From Oikopleura dioica (Eukaryota > Animalia > Chordata): a stretch of 64,000 nucleotides of DNA. Made by a program: the position numbers and the translations under genes. The first letter of the stretch is position 1. Every line of letters starts with the position of its first letter. This document shows, piece by piece, positions 11,842-23,109 of this stretch. The DNA lies in contig OU015569.1 of the NCBI GenBank assembly GCA_907165135.1, positions 11,098,001-11,162,000 of the forward strand. The letters run 5' to 3'. Under the pieces are notes generated by a model that worked only from the letters and a program-made list of their open reading frames with translations, was not told the DNA's origin and made no database searches.

Positions 11842-12289
11842 TTTTTTATTCTCGCTTTGTTTTTGTTTTTTTGAGTCTGTGATAATTCGAGATGAGGTTT
11901 GGAGAGGAGCAGGGGAGGATTTTATACGCAGCGGGGGAGCGCTGATTTCGAGCGCTGTAATTACGAAAATAGCTATTTTGTTTTTGTTTTCTAACGAAGC
12001 TAGACGATTTTAAAACGAACAACGCCGTCACGGTACTGTTTCGCATAGCATCATGTGCAATAAGCAGAAAAAACCGCTCCTAAAGATCACATGATCAAAA
12101 TCGGCAAAAAAATTTTTTTTCAAAATTTTTCTTGAAAAACTCATAAAATTATTTTTTTCTAGAATCATAAACAGTAAACGATGATACTGTAATCTTATTA
12201 TTACAGTATATTTTGTCAATAAAAGCAAAGAAGTGCCGAAAATCGAAAAATACGACCATTTTTCCGCTAAAACCGACCTAAAACGAATT

Positions 12290-12360
12290 CGGTACGAAAT
12301 TTCGTCCGCAGTACCAAATTCGGGTACGAGTTCTCGTACCAAATACCAATTTTCGTACCG
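12290..12360. repeat. Small foldback repeat with GTAC motifs
   Basis: CGGTACGAAATTT ... AATTTTCGTACCG, with an internal hairpin GGTACGAGTTCTCGTACC. Confidence 0.55.
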
Positions 12361-12891
12361 ATCTTGATACGAGAACCAGATTTATTCCCGAAAAACTGTC
12401 AAATTGACAGTGTCAATTTTAAACGTGAATGACTTGTTGTTGAATTCTAAGAATTCTCGAATTTCTCTAGAATCGGTCCTAACCAATGATTGTTTTTTGG
12501 CTTTTGTCATTCACTATTTTGCTTTTTTACGAAAAGGGCGAAAAAGTAGAAAAGTCCGAAGCGCGCATAAAGCAGGTAATTTGATTTCGTACTTTTTTTT
12601 TCTAACTCTGACTATATTTAGAGTCTCCAGGCATCGGAATTTCTATTCCAAACGGAATATTTTTGTCCTGTACTTCCGAAAAAGGAAGAAATCGACAAGA
12701 AGGCGATCTGAATAAAATCAATTTTCTTGATTCAATCAAAAGTGTTCTTGTCTCTTTTTTGTTGAATTGAGGTTGTTGTGTAGTCGGTTGTTTGAGTTGT
12801 TGGTTGTTGAAATAGAAATAGAGGTACAGTAGTTAGAGTTGAGCAGTAGAAAACCGGATTCGAAGGGGTAGTTAATGTAGCGATGCCCTTA

Positions 12892-13055
12892 TGGGTGGCG
12901 TCAGGAACCGACAAAAATATTTCGACAAATTTTCCGTGGGGGGCTTAGCCCAGTAATCGGCTTCTGATTGGCCGGTAAGCCGAATTCAGGCTTCTGATTG
13001 GTTAAAAATTCCACGCAAAATTTGTCTGGATTTTTTGTCGGTTCCAAACATCTCC
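12892..13055. mobile_element. MITE family B
   Basis: TIR GGAACCGACAAAAATATTTCGACAAATTTT-CGTGG. Homologous to 17010-17166 and 42128-42268. Confidence 0.8.
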
Positions 13056-14054
13056 CTTTTTTTGCGACCAGAAGAAAGTAGCGGTCAAAATTTTTAATAA
13101 ATTCTTATTTTTCTCCACTAGATGTCATTGAGAATTACCAGAAAAAATCTTAGACAGAAAAATTCAGAATAACAAAAATCAGTCTAGAAAACGTTCTTTT
13201 TTTTAGGTTTTTTAAGATGCTTGTAAAATACCGCAAAATTGCCCTTTCTAACCAGCAGAGTTCTCTTCTGGTCGTCAATATAACTACAGGTCGAACAGTC
13301 ATGGCATGGGTGATGTAAGTCCAAAGCCACGGAATCTGCAGCCGCCAATCAACAAATTCTAGCCACGTTATTTTGACGTCAATTACGCTCCAGCCGTTTG
13401 GGGCAGCAAATCGAGTTATTTCAAAACGATTTTAAATTTGATCAAAAGCAACTTGCTCCTTCTTAATTTACGAAATCGAATGACTACGTAAGTACTTGTA
13501 AGCGAAACGAGAACAGCTTTCTTGAGAATTTTGAATTCAATCGGCGAAGCAGTGAATTAGAAATAGTTGTTGATTGTTTTGCGCTTGCGTCTCGCTTGTT
13601 TGTAAATCTTTGGCGATGCGTTGGGACCTTCATTCCGATCTCACCGTTAGTGACTTCTTTATTTTTCGTAAACAGCGTCAGAAATCAAATTACTTTCAAT
13701 CAGCAATCAAGTTCCATCAAATAAGCCACCTGATCTGCTGATAGCCCCCAAAACAAACGCCACTTTCAGTTAAAAAAGTTATTTTCTTTTTTTTTTATTT
13801 TTTCCATCTGAATTGGAAAAAAATGCTTCATTACAGGCAATCCCAGGCTACAGGCTCTTCTGTATTCCAAATACCGAAATTGCCATCCATTGAAAAATAC
13901 GTTTACAGTGCCAAAATTAACATGGTGATGGTTCATGGTGATTTTTACACCGCACTTCTGGTATTATCAGTAACAACTTTCTGTACTAAGGACTCATATC
14001 TAAGCAAAGTACAGTCATAAAGGTACGAAACTACAGTTGTAAATGACCAACTAT

Positions 14055-14284
14055 CTGGGCTCGGCAGCCTGTGTAGAAAGCCTGAGTCAGGGTCTGAAAA
14101 AGCTGAATTTAAAAGCCGCGCAGCGGCTTTTAAAAACGAAGCCGCAAAGCGGCTTCGCCAAAATTTTTGATAGATTGTAATGGTAGTATTAGCGGCTTCG
14201 TTTTTAAAAAAGCCGCTGCGCGGCTTTTAATTTCAGCTTTTTCAGACCCTGACTCAGGCTTTCTACACAGGTTGCCGAGCCCAG
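14055..14284. mobile_element. MITE family A
   Basis: Full TIRs. Perfect 8-bp TSD CCAACTAT at 14047-14054 and 14285-14292. Confidence 0.95.
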
Positions 14285-14293
14285 CCAACTATT

Positions 14294-14311
14294 CCCTAAC
14301 CCTAACCCTAA
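14294..14311 (-). repeat. Interstitial telomeric repeat (TTAGGG)3
   Basis: CCCTAA x3, starting 1 nt after the MITE TSD. Confidence 0.85.
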
Positions 14312-14871
14312 TTATCCTTAGTTATCCATTCTTATGAAGAAAGACTGTAATTTATCCAGTAGATCTTCCAAAAAGACAAGAAGAATAGCAAAAGAGAGAA
14401 GAATTTTCTTCAAAAAGAAAATGATAATCGAAAACTCGAAAGTGAATTTTCAAAATGGCCCGAAAACGGTCTGTTTTATAGCTGGCGATTTCCAGTGCTA
14501 GCAAAAATATAAAACAAACAACAACACAATTCAACAGATTGAGAGAATTTTGAAAATTGGAAATGTGGACTTGATTCATTTTGAAAAAAAAAGGAAAAAC
14601 ATTTGCGGCGGCCGGTGCTTGAGCAAATGCTGCGCCGATTTCACGAAAACAGATTCATCCAGAAGCGTAAACAACAGAAACAACGCATTCAAACAAATCC
14701 GCCAAACCGCGAAAATTTAAAAGAATCCAGACTCAAGTCCGATCTTTCCTGAACCAACGCAATCGAGCTAGACATTCTATTCGACAAATTTATTTACATC
14801 TCGAGTTGACATCGTAAAACACGATTCTCGAAATGGTGATTCAATGAGAGTTAAAATAGTGACACCCTTAA

Positions 14872-14924
14872 GGTTAGGGTTAGAGCCAGGGCTACTGATG
14901 ACCCAACCCTAACCCTAACCCTAA
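14872..14924. repeat. Inverted pair of telomeric tracts
   Basis: GGTTAGGGTTAG at 14872-14883 and (CCCTAA)3 at 14907-14924. Confidence 0.8.
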
Positions 14925-14980
14925 GAGAAAAGACCAAGAAAAACCCAATTTTCAAGCTGCTTTTTCTCATGATTTAACTT

Positions 14981-15257
14981 AGTGACACCCTTATTTTTAA
15001 CTTACCAGAAGAAAGCTCAGACACTTATCTAGTAGCTCTAAAAGCCTTAATTTCAAATTTCATGAAGATATCTAATAAATAAATTAATTGGAAATCGTTA
15101 ATTTTGATAAAATCGCTACTTTTACTGGAATTTTTTGTTTCAAATTTAAATAGTAAGGGCCGAAAATCTTGGTAAATTTTATCAATCAGGCTTTTAGGGA
15201 AGCATTGAAATTGGTTAAAACAGCTAATAACAGAAGGTGAAAAACAAGGGTGTCACC
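14981..15257. mobile_element. Putative MITE family C (TIR GTGACACCCTTATTTTT)
   Basis: GTGACACCCTTATTTTT ... AAAACAAGGGTGTCAC. A similar pair occurs at 15982-16084, with further single ends elsewhere. Confidence 0.55.
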
Positions 15258-16273
15258 ATGTTAATTTTACTCGCGCTGTTCTCTTTTTGTTGAGTCCGAA
15301 AACACGCTCAACCAAGTGGCAATTTTAATTTCGCATACTTGAAAATTGCTGCTTTGCTCAAATTGTCGAGTATTTAAAATGCAACTGTCTGCCAGTCAAC
15401 TTGTTAGAATGACAATTAGAGTGGCTCTTGTTTTTTGCGATTGTTTTCAGAAAATAAGCGCGCTTTCAAAAAAAAAGAATGACTGTAGCAGTTTTTGGGC
15501 GAGAAACGGTAGTAGCCGTAAAATAAGGGTGTCCTTTGGTTAGCTATTCGAGAAAAATCCGCTTGAGAAGCCGATTTTTCTCTTTGATTTTACGTAATTG
15601 AGTCGCTGCTGAATGCATGAAAAGAATGAAAAGAAAGCATGGAAACCGCATGGAGTGACGAAAAAGCATGTTCAGCGCTCTAAACAAAATCGTTGTTTAT
15701 TTGCCACCTAGTTCTCCTTTGCCTTCTCTTAGTTGCCGCCTCATGCGTCTACTGCGTGCTTTTCTTGCTTTTTTAGATTTTTTTATTTCAAATTTTCAGA
15801 AATTTTTAGAAATACGCGGTTTTGTACAGAGATAATTTTCTAGTAATAGGGCCATTTTTCAAGTCATAAGTTTCAGTTTAAAAATATGTTTAATATTTTA
15901 GAGTCAAAAGAAGTCAAGAGGTTTCTAGAGCCTGATTTCTTACAACTGTAAAAGTCGACTTTTCAACTTACTTTTAATGTAGTGACACCCTTATTTTTTA
16001 CTTCGAAAAGATGACTTTTGGCCTAATAGGGAATTAGATAAGGGCCTAAGCTTTCTTTTGATAAGAAAAAAATAAGGGTGTCATTATGTAAAATTTGGAA
16101 AAAAAGAGGATCAAAGGATGTCGACAAATTTTGAATTAGGGTAGATCAAGTCGAGTTCTTACCTCTTTTGCTTATTATTAGAGAAGAGATTAAATTAAGA
16201 CTTAGGTAAAAGTGTTTTGGCTGGTTTAGAAGTTGGCTTGATTGGAGGTATTTGCGAGTCTAAAGTTGTTAAA

Positions 16274-19200
16274 TTAGGAGGTACAGTGTTTGTCCTCTGC
16301 GGCGCGGCGGCTCCACGTCTCGTGATTAGAAGAGATCTGGCGCTCGATCATCTCGCGGAACTTCTCCACGCGGAGCCCCTGTAAGCCGATCTTCTTCACT
16401 CTCTGAAAATTAACAGACTTAGCTACTTTCTACCCAGCCTAGAATCTAACTCTCTCCCTACTAGCTTATGCAGTACCTGCGCTAGAATCGTTTCTTCCGA
16501 GTTTTGCGCCGAGGAATCTTCTTCCCGGAAACGCTGGAGCAAGCTTTCTGCTTCGCGCAAAAGCATTTCGTTCACGGATTCGAAGATCGACGAAAGCAGC
16601 GTGTACGTAGGAATGATGATGAAGTCGATGAAGCCAATCTGGCTCTGCGAAACCTGCGTCGTTTCTCGATCGCAAAGTGGCGAGCACGGCAAACCTAGGA
16701 GAAAATGATTTAGGGATGGAAATGGCTAGTTTTCTACCTCTTTCCTTCTCCGCATCGCCTTGTCTGAAGAACTCTTCGACCAACCCTGCTGTCCATTTCT
16801 CGTGCAGCTCCCAAGTCTTCGTCGGATGGGAAATGTCAGCGGAATGGACGATGAAAGACATGACAGCTCCCTTGTCCATGGATTTCATGTCGCTCAACGA
16901 TTTCTTCATTGTCTTTACTTGCTAAAATTGGGCTTTTCAAACCGTACCATAAAAATAAGGGTTTCAATGTCTTAAATCGATACCCCCTTAAATCGGGATG
17001 CACCATCCCGGATGGTGTCTGGAATCGACAAAAAATTCGACAAATTTTACGTGGGCGGCTACTCGGTTGCTGATTGGCCGATTTGCCGAATCCAGGCTTC
17101 TGACTGGTTGAAAATTTCCACGTAAAATTTGTCGAAATATTTTTCTCGGTTCCAGACACCACCCCTTTAAAACCCCTTAAAAGGGTTGAAAAGCTGTCCT
17201 GAAAATGAAGAGACATGTCAGTAGCCAAAACCATGTCAATAACTAGCGATCGAAAATCCTAAAAACGATAAACAAAAACTTCTACGAAATGATGAATTTG
17301 CCTTGAATTCGTCTTTCGATAAACCCATCAAAATGTCAATATCCGGGTTTTGAAGAAGCCGGAAGGCGACAGACAAGTGATGGTTTTCTAAAACCGATCG
17401 GTCGTTGTAAATCATCGCCAGTCGGGACTTCGTCTGGACGTGGAAGTTGTTCGTGGTTCCGGTGTGCTCGAAGTCGTGCACGGCGGCGGCGAAAAGCATG
17501 GCGAAAATTTCGATGTCTAAAATGTTATCTCAGTTTTGTTGAAAGATGAGATCAGATAGAGCTTTTCAAAATGACTGGCGACTTCCTCGGCAAGAAAACA
17601 AAACGAGGTTTTCATCGGAAAAATCGATTTTTCAGGTGCTGGGCTCGGAATCTGTGTAAAAACCTGAGTCAGGATTGGAAAAAGCTTCGGGAGAAAGCCG
17701 AAATTTCCAATTTGATCTATTTTTAAGATACTGGCGAAGCCGCGGAGCGGCTTCGTTTTCGTAAAAGCCGCTGCGCGGCTTTTTATAAAAATTCTTTGAA
17801 ACCCTGACTCAGGTTTTTACGCAGGTTGGCGAGCCCAGTTCTGATTTTAGAAGATTGGTTCACTCGAAATAAGGGTTAAATTAAAAGGAAGAAAAGAGCC
17901 TTTTTATTTAAATTCGAATGTCTAACGTTGAAAAGTTATGTCAGTTTTGTTGAAAGAGATAGACTCGTTAAAATAAACGCGGTGTCTTACCTGATAGCCA
18001 GTTGGAAATACCCGAAGCGTGGATGTGATAGTGCGTGGTCTGGAGGACGTCACACGCGTGCAGCGAGTTGTGATAAGGATTCGAGTGCAAATTGTAGCCG
18101 AATTCGAGTTGGTCGGCAAAGCGCACCAAAGTGTCGAATTGAATGTCGAACTTGTCGATGAGACCGTAAGCAGCGAGCAGTTCTCCTAGCAAGTAGCGCA
18201 TTCCCTTCCCGTTCCCAGCTTCCGTCAAATCAAAGACGTTGAAATGATACAGGTTCACCGTCGCCATCACTTCCGCCACGGAGTCCGAGTTCAGCGCGAA
18301 AACTAAATAAAAGAAGTAGATAACGAGAATCTTCAAACCGTTTCCTTCTTAGAATTCAAATTTTAAGGTCCTGCCTTAGAGACGGTAAATCGCTCTCTCA
18401 AGTCAGTGAAGATAAGTAAAATTGTATCAAAAAGTAAAATATGACTATTTATCCCTCTACAATGGGGTATATGTCCTTTATGCCGTAAAGAGTCATTTTT
18501 TCGAACTATCCCCATCTCAGAATGACCTGAATTTTTGAATGAGAAACAAAATTATGGTGTTTCATTTTTTTGAGTAATACTTCATATTCTTATTTTTTTC
18601 TCCGCCTTCATATTACTTTTAAGGAGAAAAAGTATGTTTTGAATGATTCATGAAGCATTATAACATCTTGAGCAAAAAATAATTTTATCGCTGTCATAAT
18701 CTCATCTGCTGGAGAAAAAAATAAACTCCTGTTCTCGTTTGTTTCTTACTTTTACCTGACTGATGAAGCGACATCTTCTTCCCCTTGAATCCATAAATAA
18801 TCCTCATAGCAGCAACAACTCCCCGGAAGGTCCGTTTCTTGTCGGTTCCGGTTTCTGTCTTTTCCTGGCCAAAAGTTGACTTTAGCCAGGTCAGGATTTG
18901 CTCCGGAAGAACTTTCATTTTTTCTTCCTTCGGACTTGTCTGTAATCGTTGGTAGTCTTTCTTGAGTAGTTTTGAAAAGGCTTCGACGGCGGTGTTCAGC
19001 GTCGTGTGAAGTACTTCTTTTGGAATGTGATACTAAGACACCTGTTAAATCATCAGAAAGGTCGATTTTTCCTACCGGAGTTGAAGAAGAAATCTGCTCG
19101 AGTTCGACTAACCGATCGCGTATTTCAACTATCCAATTCATCGTGGAATTAAAATCATTCAGTTGCGCTAGAATAAAGCTCCAAAAATCAGTTCATTTGT

Positions 19201-19912
19201 TTAAAATAAAAGTTGCTTTGGAGCTTTTCCTTGTTTGAGAAAATCATTTAGCTGAGGATACTCCGAGTACATTCTCCGTGTTGTTTCAGGCACCAGCTCT
19301 GGCAAATCAAATCCATGAAGAGAAAATGATTTTTCTTTATAACATGTTAAGAAAACGATGTGGATGTAATGTTCTACCCGGGGTTTCAATAGAATGTCTT
19401 CTGTACGGCGCGATACTCTTCGTTGTCTCCACCACCGGCTCGAGAATGACCTTGTATCGTCTGCCATTGCGCTCGACGTAAGATGTGTTGGCGAAGGGCC
19501 CCGTCGTGGTGGAATTGGCAAAGGGGCAAGTGCACTCGTTCACTGCCTGGCCACACGAGCTGCGAACGGCCAAATGCGAGCTGGAAACGGCATCCAGGGA
19601 TCGATTTACCGGCTCCGTGCCCGGCCCCTTCCGACGAGAGGACATGGCACGCCACCGCTAAACCACCCGCATTAACCAAATTCTCACAAAAGAAACTATC
19701 TATATATTCAATCGCACAGACGAAAATATAGCTTTCTTGTAATTTTCCGGTAAACTTACTCTTCTGAAGACGTGTCGTTTTACTTTGGCACTTGATTCGG
19801 AATTTGCAGAATCTCTCGATCCATTTTGAGCTGGTGGCTCATCGCTGACCACGACGTCAGTTGAAGAGAGTTTGGGAAGGCGTTCTTGGCGGTCCTTTTT
19901 TTCTTCCGTCAT
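16274..19912 (-). CDS. PDE1: Ca2+/calmodulin-dependent cyclic nucleotide phosphodiesterase (multi-exon)
   Basis: CaM-binding region WLKSTFG...TFRGVVAAM. Catalytic motifs NPYHNSLHACDV, HDFEHTGTTNNFH, SVLENHH, LATDMS, HSADISHP and SQIGFIDFII. Confidence 0.95.
17010..17166. mobile_element. MITE family B in PDE1 intron
   Basis: GGTGTCTGGAATCGACAAAAAATTCGACAAATTTTACGTGG ... CCACGTAAAATTTGTCGAA...TTCCAGACACC. Confidence 0.85.
17639..17838. mobile_element. MITE family A, older copy in PDE1 intron
   Basis: Diverged TIRs CTGGGCTCGG...GCGAGCCCAG. Flanks match only 5 of 8 positions. Confidence 0.85.
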
Positions 19913-20572
19913 TTTTCCGTTTATATCCTCTTTTTCTTCTTTTCAGGTTATTCGACATTGACCTCAAAAGGGCGGAAATACTAACGCATCGATTTTTCAA
20001 GAGAGCTTTTGTCCTTGAATTAAGATGCTGACCCCCTTAATTTCTCTAGCAATAAAAAGAGAAATTCTTCTATCTTCCCCCTAGACAGTTTCTATGAAAA
20101 AGGGTTAACCCGTGCCTACAAAGATGGGCTCGACAACGTTGGTGAACCAGTGAAAGCAGCAACAGGCCATCTCATTTCACAGGCACTCGAAAAGACCCAG
20201 ACACATTTCTTTTCTCTTCCTCTTTTTTCTATCTCTCTCTCTTTTCTGAGACGTCTCCGGATTCTCCTGGGCGCGTGGCGATTTACCTAGATTTGCGAGA
20301 AAAAAACAACGTATCTCTTTCTGTACTCGCCGCAGCTGCAGTAGGGAGTAGCGCCCGTCTGGATCTATATTCTCAACATGCGATTATTGGCTCTGCACTA
20401 CAGTAAATTTCGGATAAATGTCGGCTTAATCCGCTATCACAGGGACCGATTCTCTTTCAACCAACGAGCTAACTTCTTTTTCAACTGATTTTTAGAATGT
20501 ATTTTTTTTCAAAGTGGGAAATTATTTACAATAAGAAAAAATGTCAATGAGCAAGCAAAAATTACAGATAAA

Positions 20573-22892
20573 TTACAGATGCTCGGAAAACTGGCCAAAG
20601 TCGATTGTTGAGCGAGGCATGGACGTTTTAGCGTGAGTTGTTGTCTTTGAAGTGAGCAGATTTACGCCGCGCTTCAATTCTGCATCAGCAACTGGAGGGG
20701 CTTCGACGTCTTCGATGATGGTTTTTGGGAGTGTGTTGACTGGCTGCACCCAGTTTTTGGAAGACGTTTTTTTCTATTTGGAAATATTCGTTAGCCCTAA
20801 ATCCTTCGTTATTCTACCTTTTTCCAAAAATACGCGGCAGCAGCAATAGCGCCGAGAACAATGATCCCGCCACCTCCAGCAGCGCCGTAGACAATCACAG
20901 ATTTGCTGAATCCAGATGATGAATTGTTATTCGTCGTGTTCTGAGATGTTTCGTTGGAAAAGCTGGAACTGATGCTGCTAGAAGTGTCTTCAGATTCTTC
21001 AGAAATAGGCTGGTCGCAGAGGAATCCTTCCCAGCCAAGGCAGAAGCAGGTGAACTCGAGTTGACGGGATTCGCATGCGCCTCCGTTTCGGCAAGGGTTG
21101 GGCTGACACGGGTCGCGGACTTGAAAAAAGGGATTGGTTTTTCAGAATAAACTAGAAAATGCAAACTTGTTTGGCAGCGAGGACCAGAAAAACCAGCGGG
21201 GCAGATACAGTCAAAATTGTTCAATCTAAAATCGTAATAAATAATGAGATCATCTCTTGAAAATAACTAACCTATCAATGCATTGGCCCCCATTTTCGCA
21301 CAAATTTATACGGCAGTTATCTTCATTCGTTTCGCAAAACGGGCCCACAAAGCCAGGAACGCATTGGCATGAAAAATCATCGTCTCCGACTCCAAGTGCT
21401 GTGCAGTAAAATCAAAGTTCAACAACGATTGAAAAAAAGGAAAGACAAAAGCTTTCGAACTTTTACTGAGCGCCGTTTTGGCAAGGCGAGTTTGAGCAGG
21501 GATCGGAGCCAATTTCGCAGAAATCGCCAGAGTAGCCGTCAGTGCAGAAACAAATCACATCGCCTCCTCCTAAATCGAGGCATTCAGCCCCATTCTGGCA
21601 TGGTTCACTGGAACAGCCAGCACTTTCGCCAGAGGTGATTTCGTATCGAAGTCGAAAGCCGAGGTATGCATCCCCAGCGTCACTTTGGAAAACGATCTGA
21701 ACGGAGCCAGTTGTTGTCAATTGCCCGCTTCTATTTTCGCCAAAGTTTCGGGATGTCCGGCCACAGTATCGTTCTGTAAATGTCGAAGTCTGCAACTCTA
21801 CATAATCAAAGAGACATCCTTGAGCAGGCTCGACGTTGAATCCTTCCGCGCTGATTGTTACAGTATCTAAGAACAGTCATTTCCGATCAAAGTTTTAAAT
21901 CAATAATTGTTTCCGCCTGCGCCGCCAAAAGCTGACTTCTTTGACCATCTGAAAGCGCCAGATGGCAATTTTTGAACATATAAGTCGACAAAAAGTAAGC
22001 CAAAGACCAGTTATTAAAATGAACACAAAAATGAAGAAAAATTTATTATAGCGAAATTCTTTATTTTCGGTATAATAAACTTTTATTAATATTTTGATTA
22101 CAGTGGCATGCGCGGGTTCCGCCCTATCAAATTCACAGCGGAGAATTTCATGGAAACCGAAGAATTTACCTATTATTTATCCCAAAAACACCTGCTTTCT
22201 TGATCTCAATCCCTTATTTATTCTGGTGATATCTTGTTTTTTTAACTTGAAGAATACATATAAATATATGCAGTAATAAACCTCTTGACAATTACATCAT
22301 GCATTTTTTAAACATCTTGTTCATGATCTTGTCTTTTCATATGAATTCAGATTATAGCCCATCAGTGATGTCCAGGTCCACCACTACCTAAGATGGGCTT
22401 CAAAAACTTACGAACTATTCTTTAGTTCCTTTCACTCATGATATCAATGTGACCATTGATACTGACAGTTACTGACAGTAATTCCCTAAACGATCATCAT
22501 CGTAACATGCATAGTGCAAGTTGAAGGTCAACCAATCAAAAAAGACCCAATTAGTCAAACGAGTCTGACAGTTATGGTTCCTAAATTTCATTAGAATTTC
22601 GACTCGAAAAGTTTGGGGCTAATGATAAGCACGAAAAAAGGCATTTATAGAGCGATTTCTGGACCAATCACGCGGCTCGATGAAACTGATCGTTATTTGG
22701 GGGTCGGTCGGTAGAAAAAAAAATACCTGTAGGAGAAGCTCCAATAATCCAGCTGCATTGGAAATTATTCGGATAGGGAGTCGGATAATTCGGCGATTGA
22801 ATGAATCCAACAGGCTCTGTCAGTCTTGATCCGCATTCCTGAGCGGAAACGAAATATAGAAAAAGTAAAAATCGGCGTTTTGAAACTTTCAT
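20573..22892 (-). CDS. Type I membrane protein: signal peptide, CUB, four EGF repeats, TM, cytoplasmic tail
   Basis: CGSRLTEPVGFIQSPNYPTPYPNNFQCSW and GCLFDYVEL...RYCG, EGF repeats, TM VIVYGAAGGGGIIVLGAIAAAAYFW. Confidence 0.88.
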
Positions 22893-23109
22893 TCGACGTT
22901 CTCTTTGAATGAAACTTTTGACTTGTTTTCGTCATTCTGAAAGGTACAGGGCCACTTTGGCCGACATCTCGGAAGTAATCGGACTCGTCCGTTCTCAGCC
23001 TATTAATTTAATAAACGCACAAACAAAGCAGGACAAGCAATGACGCTTGAATCCACTTGAGTGTTTCAACTCGAGTTAATCAAATCGAAACAATAAGAAG
23101 GGTCGCTTT

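Noticed and set aside
13340-13385. CCAAT plus perfect CRE (TGACGTCA)
   Set aside because: Single short motifs with no identified adjacent gene start.
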